From positions 1 to 48,005 of the forward strand of contig JAIRXW010000016.1 in the NCBI GenBank assembly GCA_031268035.1: 48,005 nt of DNA, written 5' to 3'. The notes under the pieces are model-generated. The model was not told where the DNA came from and searched no databases. It worked only from the letters and a program-made list of their open reading frames with translations. Numbering within the stretch: the first letter of the stretch is position 1; each line of letters begins with the position of its first letter. This document shows positions 34,821 through 44,944 of the stretch, piece by piece. The translations under genes and the position numbers were made by a program. The DNA comes from Rickettsiales bacterium. Lineage in GTDB: Bacteria; Pseudomonadota; Alphaproteobacteria; Rickettsiales; UBA1997.

Positions 34821-34999
34821 GGTTTAAAAATAAGGTGTTGGTCGGTCCAATGGTGTTGACATAGCGAGAACGGAGACCTACCGAGAGGGATCGATTCCTC
34901 TTCACACTCTGAGAGCCAATGGAAGCTATTCCCACAGAGAGGCTAGATGTAGCTATGGTATGATTGGCACTGGAGTTTGGGTCTATAAAAATGTAGAGC
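34821..34999 (+). repeat. Degenerate copy 3 of the rpsC 3' end (copy of about 34445-34624)
   Basis: 34848-34921 is identical to 34474-34547 (74 bp). Indels at both ends. Confidence 0.95.
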
Positions 35000-35097
35000 G
35001 GGGAATAGAGAAGTAGATATCTTTGTTTTATAGTATCTTTCCAGTGTTTTGATTGATTTTTTGCGTAGGTACGTAATATTTTGTAATAAAAAATGGT

Positions 35098-35126
35098 TTG
35101 ACTATGTGCTAATATCCTTTTACCGT
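35098..35126 (+). promoter_or_regulatory. Possible sigma70 promoter for lpxA-lpxI
   Basis: TTGACT-N17-TACCGT, 34 nt upstream of ATG 35161. Confidence 0.4.
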
Positions 35127-35160
35127 GTATTCTAGTTAAGAACATGCTGGGAAAAAAGTT

Positions 35161-36045
35161 ATGTACGGACACCACGTGGTTAAAGACGAGCGAACTGAGG
35201 TGAACATCCTAAAGGGTTACAATTATTTGAAAAAGAGCGATACCGCTAGGGTGCATCCTACTGCTCTGGTGGATCCCACTGCTAAACTCGGAGAGAATGT
35301 GACCATAGGTCCCTATTGCGTGGTGGGTCCAAATGTTGTTCTGGGTGACGACTGTGAGCTGAAACCCCATGTGGTCATAGAACCCCGAGTCAGAATCGGA
35401 TCCAATAATAAAATTTTCTCCTTTGCGGTTCTGGGGCAAGATCCACAGGACTTGAAGTATGGGGGCGAAAAATCATCTCTGGAGATAGGTGATGATAACA
35501 TCATAAGAGAACACTGCACGATACATCCCGGCACAAAGGGGGGCGGCATGATCACAAGGATTGGGAACAAAAATCTATTTATGGTCAACACCCACATAGC
35601 CCATGACTGTAGTGTGGGCAACAACTGCATTTTTGCCAACAATGTAACGCTCGGAGGTCATGTGGAGATAGGTGACTATGTGGTGATTGGTGGTCTGTCG
35701 GCTGTGCATCAGAAAACTAGAGTAGGAAAACACGCTATGATCGGCGGTCTGTCAGCTGTTGTTAATGATGTGATACCCTACGGGGTTGTGGTGGAACCAA
35801 GGGAGGCTGGTCTCAGAGGTATAAATGTTCTGGGGCTTGGTAGAAGAGGATTCTCCAAAAAAGAAATTAATAGTCTGAGAAATTTCTATAGAGATGTTTT
35901 TTGTTCCGAGAGTGGAAATTTATTCGAGCTACTAGAGAGTTTCCATGAAAAATATAAGGATTCAAATGCTGTTCTTGATGTGATAGCGTTCATGTCAGGA
36001 AATTCTGAAAGACATTTTGTTACCAAAATTAAATCAAATGACTAG
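35161..36045 (+). CDS. lpxA: UDP-N-acetylglucosamine O-acyltransferase
   Basis: VHPTALV, hexapeptide repeats, PQDLKY, IREHCTIHPGT, HIAHDC, GGLSAVHQ. Start uncertain (N-terminal extension of about 28 aa). Confidence 0.95.
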   Translation: MYGHHVVKDERTEVNILKGYNYLKKSDTARVHPTALVDPTAKLGENVTIGPYCVVGPNVVLGDDCELKPHVVIEPRVRIGSNNKIFSFAVLGQDPQDLKYGGEKSSLEIGDDNIIREHCTIHPGTKGGGMITRIGNKNLFMVNTHIAHDCSVGNNCIFANNVTLGGHVEIGDYVVIGGLSAVHQKTRVGKHAMIGGLSAVVNDVIPYGVVVEPREAGLRGINVLGLGRRGFSKKEINSLRNFYRDVFCSESGNLFELLESFHEKYKDSNAVLDVIAFMSGNSERHFVTKIKSND

Positions 36046-36877
36046 ACTTGGTCTACTGGCTGGCTCTGGGAAACTTCCACTGGAAGTGGTCAGGCACTGC
36101 GTAGAGAGTGATATCGAGCTTTTCTGTGTTCTACTGAGGCCCTACGCCAGAGCCGGCGACTATGCGGGTCTGAACTATGTGGAACTGGAAATTGGCCAGG
36201 TGGGTAAAATAATGAATTTTTTTAGAAAAAATAATGCCACCCAATTGGTTCTTGCGGGGGCCATAGAAAAACCGTCTCTGGGACTTCTAAAAATGGATGC
36301 CGAGGGATTTAGCCTAGCTAAAAATCTTCTAAAGGGCAAAATAATTGGTGATAACTCTATGCTGGAAATAGTCATTAGTTTTTTAGAAAAGCGAGGTTTC
36401 CAGATTTTAGAGCTAGATTGTCTAGTGGGGAATATGAAATTGGATGCGGGGCCAAACAATGGTATAAAATGTAAATCGGAACATCTGGAAGACATAGAGA
36501 TTGGCCGTAGCGTCATAGAAAAACTAAGTGAATTTGATCTGGGCCAGGCCGTAGTTGTCCAGCGGAAAACCGTGATCGGCGTGGAATGCTGTGAAGGCAC
36601 AGCGGGTCTGATTGAAAGAACTGGTGGGATCAGGCTTTCAGATAATTATGGTTCTGTGCTGGTGAAAATTGGAAAAATTGGCCAAACGAGAAAGGCGGAT
36701 CTGCCGTCGATTGGGCCAGATACCATGGAACAACTCCACCGAGGTAATTTTGCTGGTGCAGCTATTGATTGTAATAACTGCCTAATTATTTCCCGTAATA
36801 GGACGGTAGAAATGGCAACTAAATACAACTTATTCTTGTATGGGGTAAACGTGAAAACACTAGAAAACACTGTATAA
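36038..36877 (+). CDS. lpxI: UDP-2,3-diacylglucosamine pyrophosphatase LpxI
   Basis: LGLLAGSGKLP, GD..L, DLGQAVVV..E..EGT, VLVK..GQ...DLPSIGPDT. Follows lpxA, ATG 36038. Confidence 0.9.
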   Translation: MTRLGLLAGSGKLPLEVVRHCVESDIELFCVLLRPYARAGDYAGLNYVELEIGQVGKIMNFFRKNNATQLVLAGAIEKPSLGLLKMDAEGFSLAKNLLKGKIIGDNSMLEIVISFLEKRGFQILELDCLVGNMKLDAGPNNGIKCKSEHLEDIEIGRSVIEKLSEFDLGQAVVVQRKTVIGVECCEGTAGLIERTGGIRLSDNYGSVLVKIGKIGQTRKADLPSIGPDTMEQLHRGNFAGAAIDCNNCLIISRNRTVEMATKYNLFLYGVNVKTLENTV

Positions 36878-37203
36878 ATAGGGCCCCGCCCAATGACGTG
36901 ACCCTCATAAAGGAGGCAGTGGCATAGTAGACTATGGATTGTATTAATCAATACACTTACAGCAAAAAATATAAAAATTGTGAAGATGGTTTCCGGAGGA
37001 ATTTTTTGAATTTTTTGTACAGAGCCTTTTGATAAATTAAATTTCAAAACTGAGAGGTATGAACTATTTTTGTGGAAAAAATTATTGGTTCAGAGGCGAA
37101 TTTTCCACTAAAAATCTGGGATAATATTTAGTCGGGGAACACAAATGGATTTGTTTTTCAAAAATTTTGTTAGAATATTCCGTCAAATCTTAATTTTATC
37201 TGG

Positions 37204-40200
37204 ATGGCCCAGTTCATACATCTACGAAATCACAGTGAATATTCGCTCTGTAGCGGGATGATAAGACTAAAGGATTTTGTACCCAATCTTAGGTCCGATG
37301 GCATACCTGCAGCAGCGATAACCGATAGTCACAATATGTTTGGAGTTCTGGAGTATTCGTCGGCTGCTATGAAGGAAGGAATCCAACCTATAATTGGCTG
37401 TGAAGTTATTCTGGATGGAAGCGAATTTTTGTTAGAAGAATCCGATTTCGGGGGCACCCGTAGAGGGGAGGAAAATTTCTGCAAAATGGTTCTTCTGGCG
37501 AAGACAGATCAGGGCGTTCTTAATCTGATGTCTCTTGTTAGCCAGAGTTATCTCAGCAGAGAAGATGATGTGGCGCCCCACATAGGCCTCGAAGAGCTTG
37601 CTGCTAAAAAGGATGGGCTTATAGCGCTCTCTGGAGGTTCAGAGGGTGTTCTAGGGAAAATGATTCTGCAGAACAAGCATCATAGAGTGGCTAGAACGGT
37701 TGGATATTTCCTGAATTTATTTGGTGAAGATTTCTATATGGAAATTCTTAGACATGGGCTCGAAAGTGAAATAAATTCAGAGCATGATTTTATAAATATT
37801 GCCTACGACTATGGCATACCCCTGGTGGCCACAAATGACTGCTACTTCTATTCTAAAGATCTATTCGAAGCACAGGACGCCTTGTCCTGTATAGCTGGAG
37901 TCAGATATGTGTCGGAAACCAATAGACCCAGATTAACTAGAGAACACTATTTCAAATCTGAAACCGAAATGCGGGAATTATTCATTGATATTCCCGAGGC
38001 CATTGAAAACACTGTGAAAATAACTAACAAAATTTCCGCCACAGTCCATGGCCATAGGCCTATGTTGCCGCACTTCGATTTGCCAGAGGGCGTAAGCGAG
38101 GCAGAGGAGATCCTGAGGGCTGCCAAAGCTGGTCTGGAGAAGCGCCTAGAGCGGAAATTTATTGTGGACTGTGTGCCCGAAAAAGACTGGGAATTTATCA
38201 GAAAACAGTATTTTGACCGACTCCAATTTGAATTGGATGTGATAACAAATATGGATTTTGCTGGGTATTTTTTAATTGTGGCCGATTTTATAGTTTGGAG
38301 CAAAACCCACGGTGTTCCGGTGGGGCCCGGCAGAGGGTCCGGTGTTGGCTCTCTGGTGGGCTGGTCTCTGCGCATAACCGAACTTGATCCAATAAAGTTC
38401 GGGTTGTTTTTTGAAAGATTTTTGAACCCCGAGAGAATATCTATGCCGGACTTTGACGTGGATTTTTGCCAAAGAGGTAGATCTAAAACCATAGAATATG
38501 TGCAGAATAAATATGGAAAGGACAAAGTGGCGCAGATCATAACCTTCGGTAAGCTCCAGTCGAGGGCCGTTATAAAGGACGTTGGTCGAGTGCTCGGGAT
38601 GGGCTACGGCGATGTGGACAGAATTAGTAAAATGATTCCATTCAGTGCAAGCCTAGGGGAGGCGCTATCTCTAGACCAGGATTTGCGAGTAAAAAGACAG
38701 AGTGATCCGGATATGTCTAAGCTATTTGACATAGCGATAAGCCTGGAGGGGCTGAATAGACATTCCTCCATCCACGCTGCGGGCATTGTCATAGGTGCTA
38801 AATCTTTGGAGAAGATTTGCCCTCTGTATTTCGATAAATATGCTGAAATGCCTGTGGTTCAGTACGACAAAAAATATTGCGAGGAAGCCGGCCTAGTAAA
38901 ATTTGATTTTCTGGGCCTCAAGACTCTCACGGTGATAAATGACACTGTAAATTTTGTCGAGCAGATAGAGGGTATCAAAATCGACATAGACAACATAGAT
39001 CTATGCGACAGGGACACCTATGATCTGCTAAAGAGAGCGGACGCGCTGGGAGTATTCCAGATAGAATCGACCGGCATGATGGGGGTTCTGAAACAGATTA
39101 GGCCAGATAATATAGAGGATATCATGGCTCTGCTGTCACTCTACAGACCTGGTCCAATGGATAATATTCCAATGTACATCCGTAGAAAACATGGCCTGGA
39201 AAAAACAGACTATAGACACCCCAAAATGGAACCTGTTCTCAGGGGCACCTACGGCATAATAATATACCAGGAGCAGGTCATGGACATAGCGAAAACGCTA
39301 GCTGGCTATACGCTAGGTGCTGCCGATACTCTCAGGAAAGCCATGGGCAAAAAAATTAGAGAGGAAATGGAACGCCAGAGAAGTGTGTTCATAGAGGGAT
39401 GCGCGACCAATAGCGGGATAGACTCCGTCTGCAGTGGAGAAATTTTTGATATTCTAGCTAAATTCGCCGAATATGGTTTTAACAAATCCCATGCGGCAGC
39501 CTATGCCATCATAAGCTATCAAACCGCCTACCTCAAAGCCCACTACCCCGTGGAATTTCTAACATCTACTCTAAATATGGAAATCATAGATACGGATAAA
39601 ATAAACTACTATCTACAGGATATAAAAAAACACAGAATCACAATACTACCTCCAGATGTTAATGCTTCGGATACTTTTTTCAGAGTGGAATTGACAGAGC
39701 CAGAGGTGGGGAAAAATAAAAGTAAAGTCTATTATCATGGGGGTAAAGAGTTAGCTATAAGGTATGGTCTACGGGCCATCAAGGGTGTTGGCCAGGAGAT
39801 TACAGAGGATCTTATAGCCGAAAGATCAAAGAATGGGGCCTTCAGAGATATATTTGATTTTTGCGGGAGAATGGGTGCACGGGTTGTGAATAAAAAAACT
39901 ATGGAATCTCTAGCCAAATCCGGGAGCTTCGATGGTGTGGAAAACAACAGAAGACGAATTCATGATTCCTGGGAGACATTGGCTAGCTATGCAAAAGTAA
40001 CTGAAGACGAAAGAAACAGTCCGCAGATTGGCCTATTTGACCGTTTAGAAAATAGGGAGGGATTACTACCAAGACTACAAAATGTTGGCGACTGGATTGG
40101 CTATGAGCGATTCCAGATGGAGTTCGAGGCCTTTGGTTTTTATCTAAAAAACCATCCTCTAGATATGATAAAGACAGAACTTGGGCTGAAGGGCATAACA

Positions 40201-40863
40201 TTTTTTGATGAGATAGAAGAGATCACTGGCGACAACTTTCTAATTAAAATGGCTGGTGTTGTGATAACGACCTCTATAAGATCTAGTGATAGGGGTAGAT
40301 ACGCGTTTCTAACGATCTCTGATCCCACTGGGCTCGCAGAATTGTCTCTCTTCAGTGGTGATCTGCTAGGCCAGCACAGCAATCTACTCGATGACAGAGT
40401 GCACAATCATCTTGTCTTTGAATGCATCGTCCATAGGGACGATTCTGGTTCGAGGATAAGTATCAGGGACCTTTGGCCCCTTGATCAGTATTTAAAAAAT
40501 ACAAAGGCCGGAGTATTGAAAGTTAAAAAATTAAAAAATACTGGAGATTTTTTTCTAAAAAATCGGGCTAGCCACAGTGATAAAAACACAGTGAAGGGAG
40601 CTAAAGATTCTGAAGATTTTTCGAGAAGGAAAAACAATTTCATTAGGAAGATAAATATACATATTTTTGATGAAAGTTGTGTTGAAAGCCTATTTTCAGT
40701 TATAGAGGGAACCAAGAATATTCTCGAAACAGAGCACACGGACATTAATATAGTTGTGAATGGCGAAATTGTGAAGTTGCCAAATGAATTTCATATCACC
40801 GAAACGGAAATTTCTGAAATTAGAAAAATTCCCGGTGTTGAAGGACTGGAGATGCTGAGATAG
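37204..40863 (+). CDS. dnaE: DNA polymerase III subunit alpha
   Basis: FIHLRNHSEYSL (PHP), GPGRGS, FERFLNPERISMPDFDVDF, KFDFLGLKTL, YGFNKSHAAAY, OB-fold C-terminus. Confidence 0.98.
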   Translation: MAQFIHLRNHSEYSLCSGMIRLKDFVPNLRSDGIPAAAITDSHNMFGVLEYSSAAMKEGIQPIIGCEVILDGSEFLLEESDFGGTRRGEENFCKMVLLAKTDQGVLNLMSLVSQSYLSREDDVAPHIGLEELAAKKDGLIALSGGSEGVLGKMILQNKHHRVARTVGYFLNLFGEDFYMEILRHGLESEINSEHDFINIAYDYGIPLVATNDCYFYSKDLFEAQDALSCIAGVRYVSETNRPRLTREHYFKSETEMRELFIDIPEAIENTVKITNKISATVHGHRPMLPHFDLPEGVSEAEEILRAAKAGLEKRLERKFIVDCVPEKDWEFIRKQYFDRLQFELDVITNMDFAGYFLIVADFIVWSKTHGVPVGPGRGSGVGSLVGWSLRITELDPIKFGLFFERFLNPERISMPDFDVDFCQRGRSKTIEYVQNKYGKDKVAQIITFGKLQSRAVIKDVGRVLGMGYGDVDRISKMIPFSASLGEALSLDQDLRVKRQSDPDMSKLFDIAISLEGLNRHSSIHAAGIVIGAKSLEKICPLYFDKYAEMPVVQYDKKYCEEAGLVKFDFLGLKTLTVINDTVNFVEQIEGIKIDIDNIDLCDRDTYDLLKRADALGVFQIESTGMMGVLKQIRPDNIEDIMALLSLYRPGPMDNIPMYIRRKHGLEKTDYRHPKMEPVLRGTYGIIIYQEQVMDIAKTLAGYTLGAADTLRKAMGKKIREEMERQRSVFIEGCATNSGIDSVCSGEIFDILAKFAEYGFNKSHAAAYAIISYQTAYLKAHYPVEFLTSTLNMEIIDTDKINYYLQDIKKHRITILPPDVNASDTFFRVELTEPEVGKNKSKVYYHGGKELAIRYGLRAIKGVGQEITEDLIAERSKNGAFRDIFDFCGRMGARVVNKKTMESLAKSGSFDGVENNRRRIHDSWETLASYAKVTEDERNSPQIGLFDRLENREGLLPRLQNVGDWIGYERFQMEFEAFGFYLKNHPLDMIKTELGLKGITFFDEIEEITGDNFLIKMAGVVITTSIRSSDRGRYAFLTISDPTGLAELSLFSGDLLGQHSNLLDDRVHNHLVFECIVHRDDSGSRISIRDLWPLDQYLKNTKAGVLKVKKLKNTGDFFLKNRASHSDKNTVKGAKDSEDFSRRKNNFIRKINIHIFDESCVESLFSVIEGTKNILETEHTDINIVVNGEIVKLPNEFHITETEISEIRKIPGVEGLEMLR

Positions 40864-40977
40864 GAATATGAATTGCTATCACGACAGCTAAATATTGTCA
40901 AAATGACGTTTCCAGAGATTAGGCTGAAGAAACCGTCGCCTTTGTGGTCTCGGATAAAAATAATTATTTCTCAGCGC

Positions 40978-41793
40978 TCAGTTTATCTTCGGCTGGTCCA
41001 GTGCCAATTCTCTGATGATTTTTCGAGGAATAAAATCCAGGAGCGTTATTCTATACTTTATGTTCAAATTATTTAGTATTTTTAAATTTTGGCCAGGGGA
41101 AAGTTTATTTGCTTTCTGCATTGCTTGGTTTAGAGTGTCCTCTAAATTTTTTTTATTCTTTTTATCTAAATTCTCCAGGAGATCAGAGTAACTGTATTCT
41201 ATGGTTTGGCCAACTTTTTTTCCCAGAAGTTTCCTAGCTATAGGATCATTTTTGACTATTTTCATGAAGAAACGATGGTTTGTTTGACTTTGATTCTCGC
41301 CAGCCCCATCCACTGAGACTTCCATAGAATAATACACTATGTCACCCTCTCTAGCAATTTTTCTATGGTCTATTTCCCCCTTCTTTTTTCTCTCAGAGTA
41401 GCTTTTTTCTAGAGTCTTTACCTTTAGAAATATACTGATCGCGCTATCGATTTTTTTTTCGGTGATGTTTTCCTTTTTCTGACGTTCTATGTCCGGTTTG
41501 AGTTGTTTTTTAAGCGCAACTTCCTGCACGGGGGTTTCCTTTACCCTCTCCTCTTTGTCCGGGGGGATTTTTTGTTTGTCAATTTTTTGTTTGTCAAATT
41601 TTTCTCCAATTTTAAAAATTTTAAATCTTTTTTTAGTTCCTTCCAGCACAGAGTTTAGTTTCCTTTTATCTATGAGTTTTGTGTTTGGCTTCACAACGCT
41701 GTAAAGCAAAATAACTCCCGCGACTAACATTAGGAGTATTTTTAGGTATTTTTTATTCAAAATAACGTTTATAAATCTAAAGAATTTGTCCAT
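40978..41793 (-). CDS. Membrane-anchored Lys-rich protein with a degenerate FKBP/trigger-factor-like C-terminal domain
   Basis: N-terminal TM. AREGDIVYYSMEVSVDG...PIARKLLGKKVGQT resembles FKBP-fold signatures. Confidence 0.5.
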   Translation of the reverse strand: MDKFFRFINVILNKKYLKILLMLVAGVILLYSVVKPNTKLIDKRKLNSVLEGTKKRFKIFKIGEKFDKQKIDKQKIPPDKEERVKETPVQEVALKKQLKPDIERQKKENITEKKIDSAISIFLKVKTLEKSYSERKKKGEIDHRKIAREGDIVYYSMEVSVDGAGENQSQTNHRFFMKIVKNDPIARKLLGKKVGQTIEYSYSDLLENLDKKNKKNLEDTLNQAMQKANKLSPGQNLKILNNLNIKYRITLLDFIPRKIIRELALDQPKIN

Positions 41794-41799
41794 ATATTC

Positions 41800-42732
41800 C
41801 TAGTCCAACTCTCCATTCAATCGCACTATTTTGTCCAGGAGACACTCATTATTATTTTTATTTTTGCTTTCAGAGTCCATTTGCTTGAGTTCCTTTAGAC
41901 TTCTAAGTATCTCAATTCGGGCCATTCTTCTATTTTTCTTCTGTTCCTCCGTGTCCCCCTCATAGTTGTAATTTAGATCTTTCGCCAGTAACATTTTTAC
42001 TATTATATCTGGACTAGCGACAATTCCATTCTCATCATTCTCCGAGTGGGCTATGTTATCCACAAATTCCATACCGTCTATAACCCTTCCCCAGATTGTA
42101 TACTGGCCATCTAGATGTTCGAAGTACTTGCCCGTGACTATGAAAAATTGGCTATTGGCACTATCTAAATCGTTGGCTCTAGCCATTGAGAGAGTCCCTC
42201 TTATGTGTTTCATATCATTTATCTCGGCATGCATCTTTCCAAACCTACTGCCGCCCAGTCCCGTGCCTGTCGGGTCCCCTGTCTGGGCCATGAATCCCTC
42301 TATGACTCTGTGGAATTTAAGACCATTATAGAAACCCTCTCGAACTAGCAAACTTATTCTCTGTACGTGCCCAATGGCCTTGTCGGGAAACATTTCTATG
42401 ACGACAATTCCATCCTTCAGTTCCATAAGTAGAATATTATCCAGTTCAATGCTATCGGGAATTGTTTTTTCCTCCTCGCTCAATTCTTCACTCTCCTCCA
42501 TTTCAGGAATTGTTCCGGTTTCACTAGTCTCGGGGGAAGACTCTGAGTCTTTTAGTTCGTCGGAAATTGTACCCGCTTCAGTTTTTTCTACATTCGCCAA
42601 ACTTCCCATTGTTTCTCCGACCAATAGAACAACCAGGCTGCCACAGAGAAAAAGCGTTCTACCAAACATGTTCCTGGCCAACCTAGCTTTTTGTGTCCTG
42701 TTCATTTTTATTTTCCTCCATGATTTTGACAA
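41800..42732 (-). CDS. Exported cyclophilin-type peptidyl-prolyl isomerase
   Basis: FYNGLKFHRVIEGFMAQTGDP.G.G.GGS, GTLSMARA..SANSQFFI, LDGQYTIWGRVIDGM. True start probably downstream of 42732. Confidence 0.92.
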   Translation of the reverse strand: MSKSWRKIKMNRTQKARLARNMFGRTLFLCGSLVVLLVGETMGSLANVEKTEAGTISDELKDSESSPETSETGTIPEMEESEELSEEEKTIPDSIELDNILLMELKDGIVVIEMFPDKAIGHVQRISLLVREGFYNGLKFHRVIEGFMAQTGDPTGTGLGGSRFGKMHAEINDMKHIRGTLSMARANDLDSANSQFFIVTGKYFEHLDGQYTIWGRVIDGMEFVDNIAHSENDENGIVASPDIIVKMLLAKDLNYNYEGDTEEQKKNRRMARIEILRSLKELKQMDSESKNKNNNECLLDKIVRLNGELD

Positions 42733-44605
42733 AGAGAGAGGTCGAATCCAATTTGGCGCCGCCCTCTGTGGGTTCCTCTCTTATTTTTTTCCCCTCCACC
42801 AAATCTTTAATTTCCTGGCCGCCCAGGGTTTCATATTTCAGTAGAGCCTCGGCCACAATAACTAGGTTTTCTCTATTTTTAACTATTATTTCGTTGGCAG
42901 TTTTTTTGCAGCCGAGAAGTATATTTTTTATCTCGCGATCTATAAACTCCAGAGTTTCATCCGAAGAAGCCTCAAAGCCGCGCCAATTGCTGTTTTCTAG
43001 TTTTTCAATGACATGGATAGGTCCAATGTTATCACTCATACCAAAACGAGCCACCATATTTTTAGCCACGTTAGTTGCCATTTCGAAGTCACTCTCGGCT
43101 CCGGCGGTAATTTTGCCAGCACCAAATATAATTTCCTCGGCGGCTCTTCCGCCCATGGCTATGGTAATATCGTCCATCAGTTTGATTTTAGTGGCAGAGG
43201 TGAGTCTTCCGTCATCGTCGGGAAGTCTGGAAACGTAGCCTCCAACCCTTCCTCTAGATATAATAGTTGCCTTATATATCGGATTGGAATTTTCGCAATT
43301 TATAGCGACAATTGCGTGACCGGCCTCGTGGTAGGCTATCAATTTAGTTTCCTCTTCTTTTTTTATTCTGCTTTGGTTTCTAATGCCCATCACTACTCTC
43401 TCCTTAGCTTCCTCTATTTCACTGTTTGTTATTACCTTTTTATTGATCCTTGCAGCCAGCAGACCAGCCTCGTTAATTATATTGGCCAATTCAGCACCAC
43501 TGAAGCCGGTGGTGGATTTCGCTATTGATTTTATGTCAACATTTGGTGCCATCTTCATTTTTTTAGCATGTATCTTTAGAATTTTTTCTCTTCCTTCCAC
43601 GTCGGGCATTTCTATAGTGATCTGTCTATCAAATCTGCCGGGGCGCAGAAGGGCTTTGTCCAGTACATCTTCTCTGTTAGTTGCACCGATGACTATAATT
43701 CCTTCGTTGGCTTCAAAACCATCCATTTCTACCAGAAGCTGATTAAGGGTTTGGTTTCTCTCATCGGCGCCGCCACCTAAATATCCACTTCTACGTTCGC
43801 CAACGGCATCGATTTCATCTATAAAAATCAAACAAGGGGCATTTTTTTTGGCTTCGGAGAACATGTCTCGCACCCGGCTTGCGCCAACTCCCACAAACAC
43901 CTCTATAAAATCTGACCCAGAAATCGAATAGAACGGAACCCCCGCCTCCCCAGCAACAGCCTTTGCCAGAAGGGTTTTTCCTGTGCCAGGGGCACCCATC
44001 AGCAGACAGCCGCGGGGTATTCGGGCGCCGATGGTTGTATATTTTTCAGGGTCTTTCAAAAAATCAACCAATTCTTTAAGCTCATCTCTAGCCTCGTCAA
44101 CACCGGCCACATCATCGAAAGTTACTTTATTTTTTGTCTGCGCCAACCTTGCCCTAGATTTTACAAAGCCGAAGGGATTGCGGTCTCCGTAACCCATCGC
44201 CTTTTTTTCAAAGGTGAATAGCCATATCAGCAGTAGCAGCCCAAACCCATTCAGCAGAATATTTCCAATGGCGTATCTTATCTGGGGCGGCCGAGAAATT
44301 TTTATCTCTACCCTTTCGGATCTTATATTTTCCACCATATTATTATAGTCAATTACATGAGGAACATAGGTATTGAAAGTATCACCATTTTTTAAGACTC
44401 CATATATTTCTTCCCCCTTTATCTCTATAGATTTGATTCTATTGTCCTGGATCTTATCTAGAAATTCAGAGTATATAATCCTGCTATGTTTGACGCCGGC
44501 TTTATCATTGGGGGTCAAAAAATTGCCTAGAATGACGTATAGAAAAGACGGTACGAACACCCACCAAAAAAAGCCACCTGATATTTTTTTCATTTGCCAG
44601 AACAA
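42683..44605 (-). CDS. ftsH: ATP-dependent zinc metalloprotease FtsH
   Basis: Two TM helices, [35 protein letters not shown]. Likely ATG start at 44593. Confidence 0.97.
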   Translation of the reverse strand: MFWQMKKISGGFFWWVFVPSFLYVILGNFLTPNDKAGVKHSRIIYSEFLDKIQDNRIKSIEIKGEEIYGVLKNGDTFNTYVPHVIDYNNMVENIRSERVEIKISRPPQIRYAIGNILLNGFGLLLLIWLFTFEKKAMGYGDRNPFGFVKSRARLAQTKNKVTFDDVAGVDEARDELKELVDFLKDPEKYTTIGARIPRGCLLMGAPGTGKTLLAKAVAGEAGVPFYSISGSDFIEVFVGVGASRVRDMFSEAKKNAPCLIFIDEIDAVGERRSGYLGGGADERNQTLNQLLVEMDGFEANEGIIVIGATNREDVLDKALLRPGRFDRQITIEMPDVEGREKILKIHAKKMKMAPNVDIKSIAKSTTGFSGAELANIINEAGLLAARINKKVITNSEIEEAKERVVMGIRNQSRIKKEEETKLIAYHEAGHAIVAINCENSNPIYKATIISRGRVGGYVSRLPDDDGRLTSATKIKLMDDITIAMGGRAAEEIIFGAGKITAGAESDFEMATNVAKNMVARFGMSDNIGPIHVIEKLENSNWRGFEASSDETLEFIDREIKNILLGCKKTANEIIVKNRENLVIVAEALLKYETLGGQEIKDLVEGKKIREEPTEGGAKLDSTSLFVKIMEENKNEQDTKS

Positions 44606-44658
44606 TAGTTAATAAACCCATGCGATCTTGCCATTGGGCAGTAACGGACTGGTGGTAC

Positions 44659-44686
44659 AGTATATTGAACTCATTTAAAAAATCAA
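44659..44686 (-). promoter_or_regulatory. Possible sigma70 promoter for ftsH
   Basis: Minus strand TTGATT-N16-TATACT. Confidence 0.5.
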
Positions 44687-44887
44687 CAATAGGCGAAGTC
44701 TGGGCCAGGTTCTGTGCACAAAAATTCCAGAGAGAATCTGATAATTCTAGAGATAAGATTCGAACTGCGTGCAGGGCAAGGAATTATTTATTTGGATCTA
44801 TCTGGGAGATATTATCGGAACCATAATCTATAGAAAACTCCGAATTTTTGTTATTTCCTGATTGTTGTTCTCGGTGGAGAAGATTGT

Positions 44888-44915
44888 TTGATTTTTTCAA
44901 AAAACTCTGTATAAT
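44888..44915 (+). promoter_or_regulatory. sigma70 promoter for the hypothetical-Tim44-mltA-smr run
   Basis: TTGATT-N16-TATAAT, 29 nt upstream of ATG 44945. Confidence 0.55.
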
Positions 44916-44944
44916 AGAAACAATACGGGGCATTAGGTAGTGAA

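Noticed and set aside
34445-34999. rpsC repeats as a DGR template/variable repeat pair or a CRISPR array
   Set aside because: Differences are not confined to adenines, no reverse transcriptase or cas gene is present, and the units are about 150-180 bp with no unique spacers.
34609-35175. 188-aa minus-strand ORF across the rpsC repeats
   Set aside because: It is the antisense shadow of the duplicated rpsC sequence and has no independent support.
36878-37203. Possible ncRNA between lpxI and dnaE
   Set aside because: Only a short CCTC/GAGG hairpin in otherwise AT-rich sequence, with no recognisable RNA family motif.
37204-40863. Intein in DnaE
   Set aside because: The length is near normal and there are no intein splice motifs or homing endonuclease signature.
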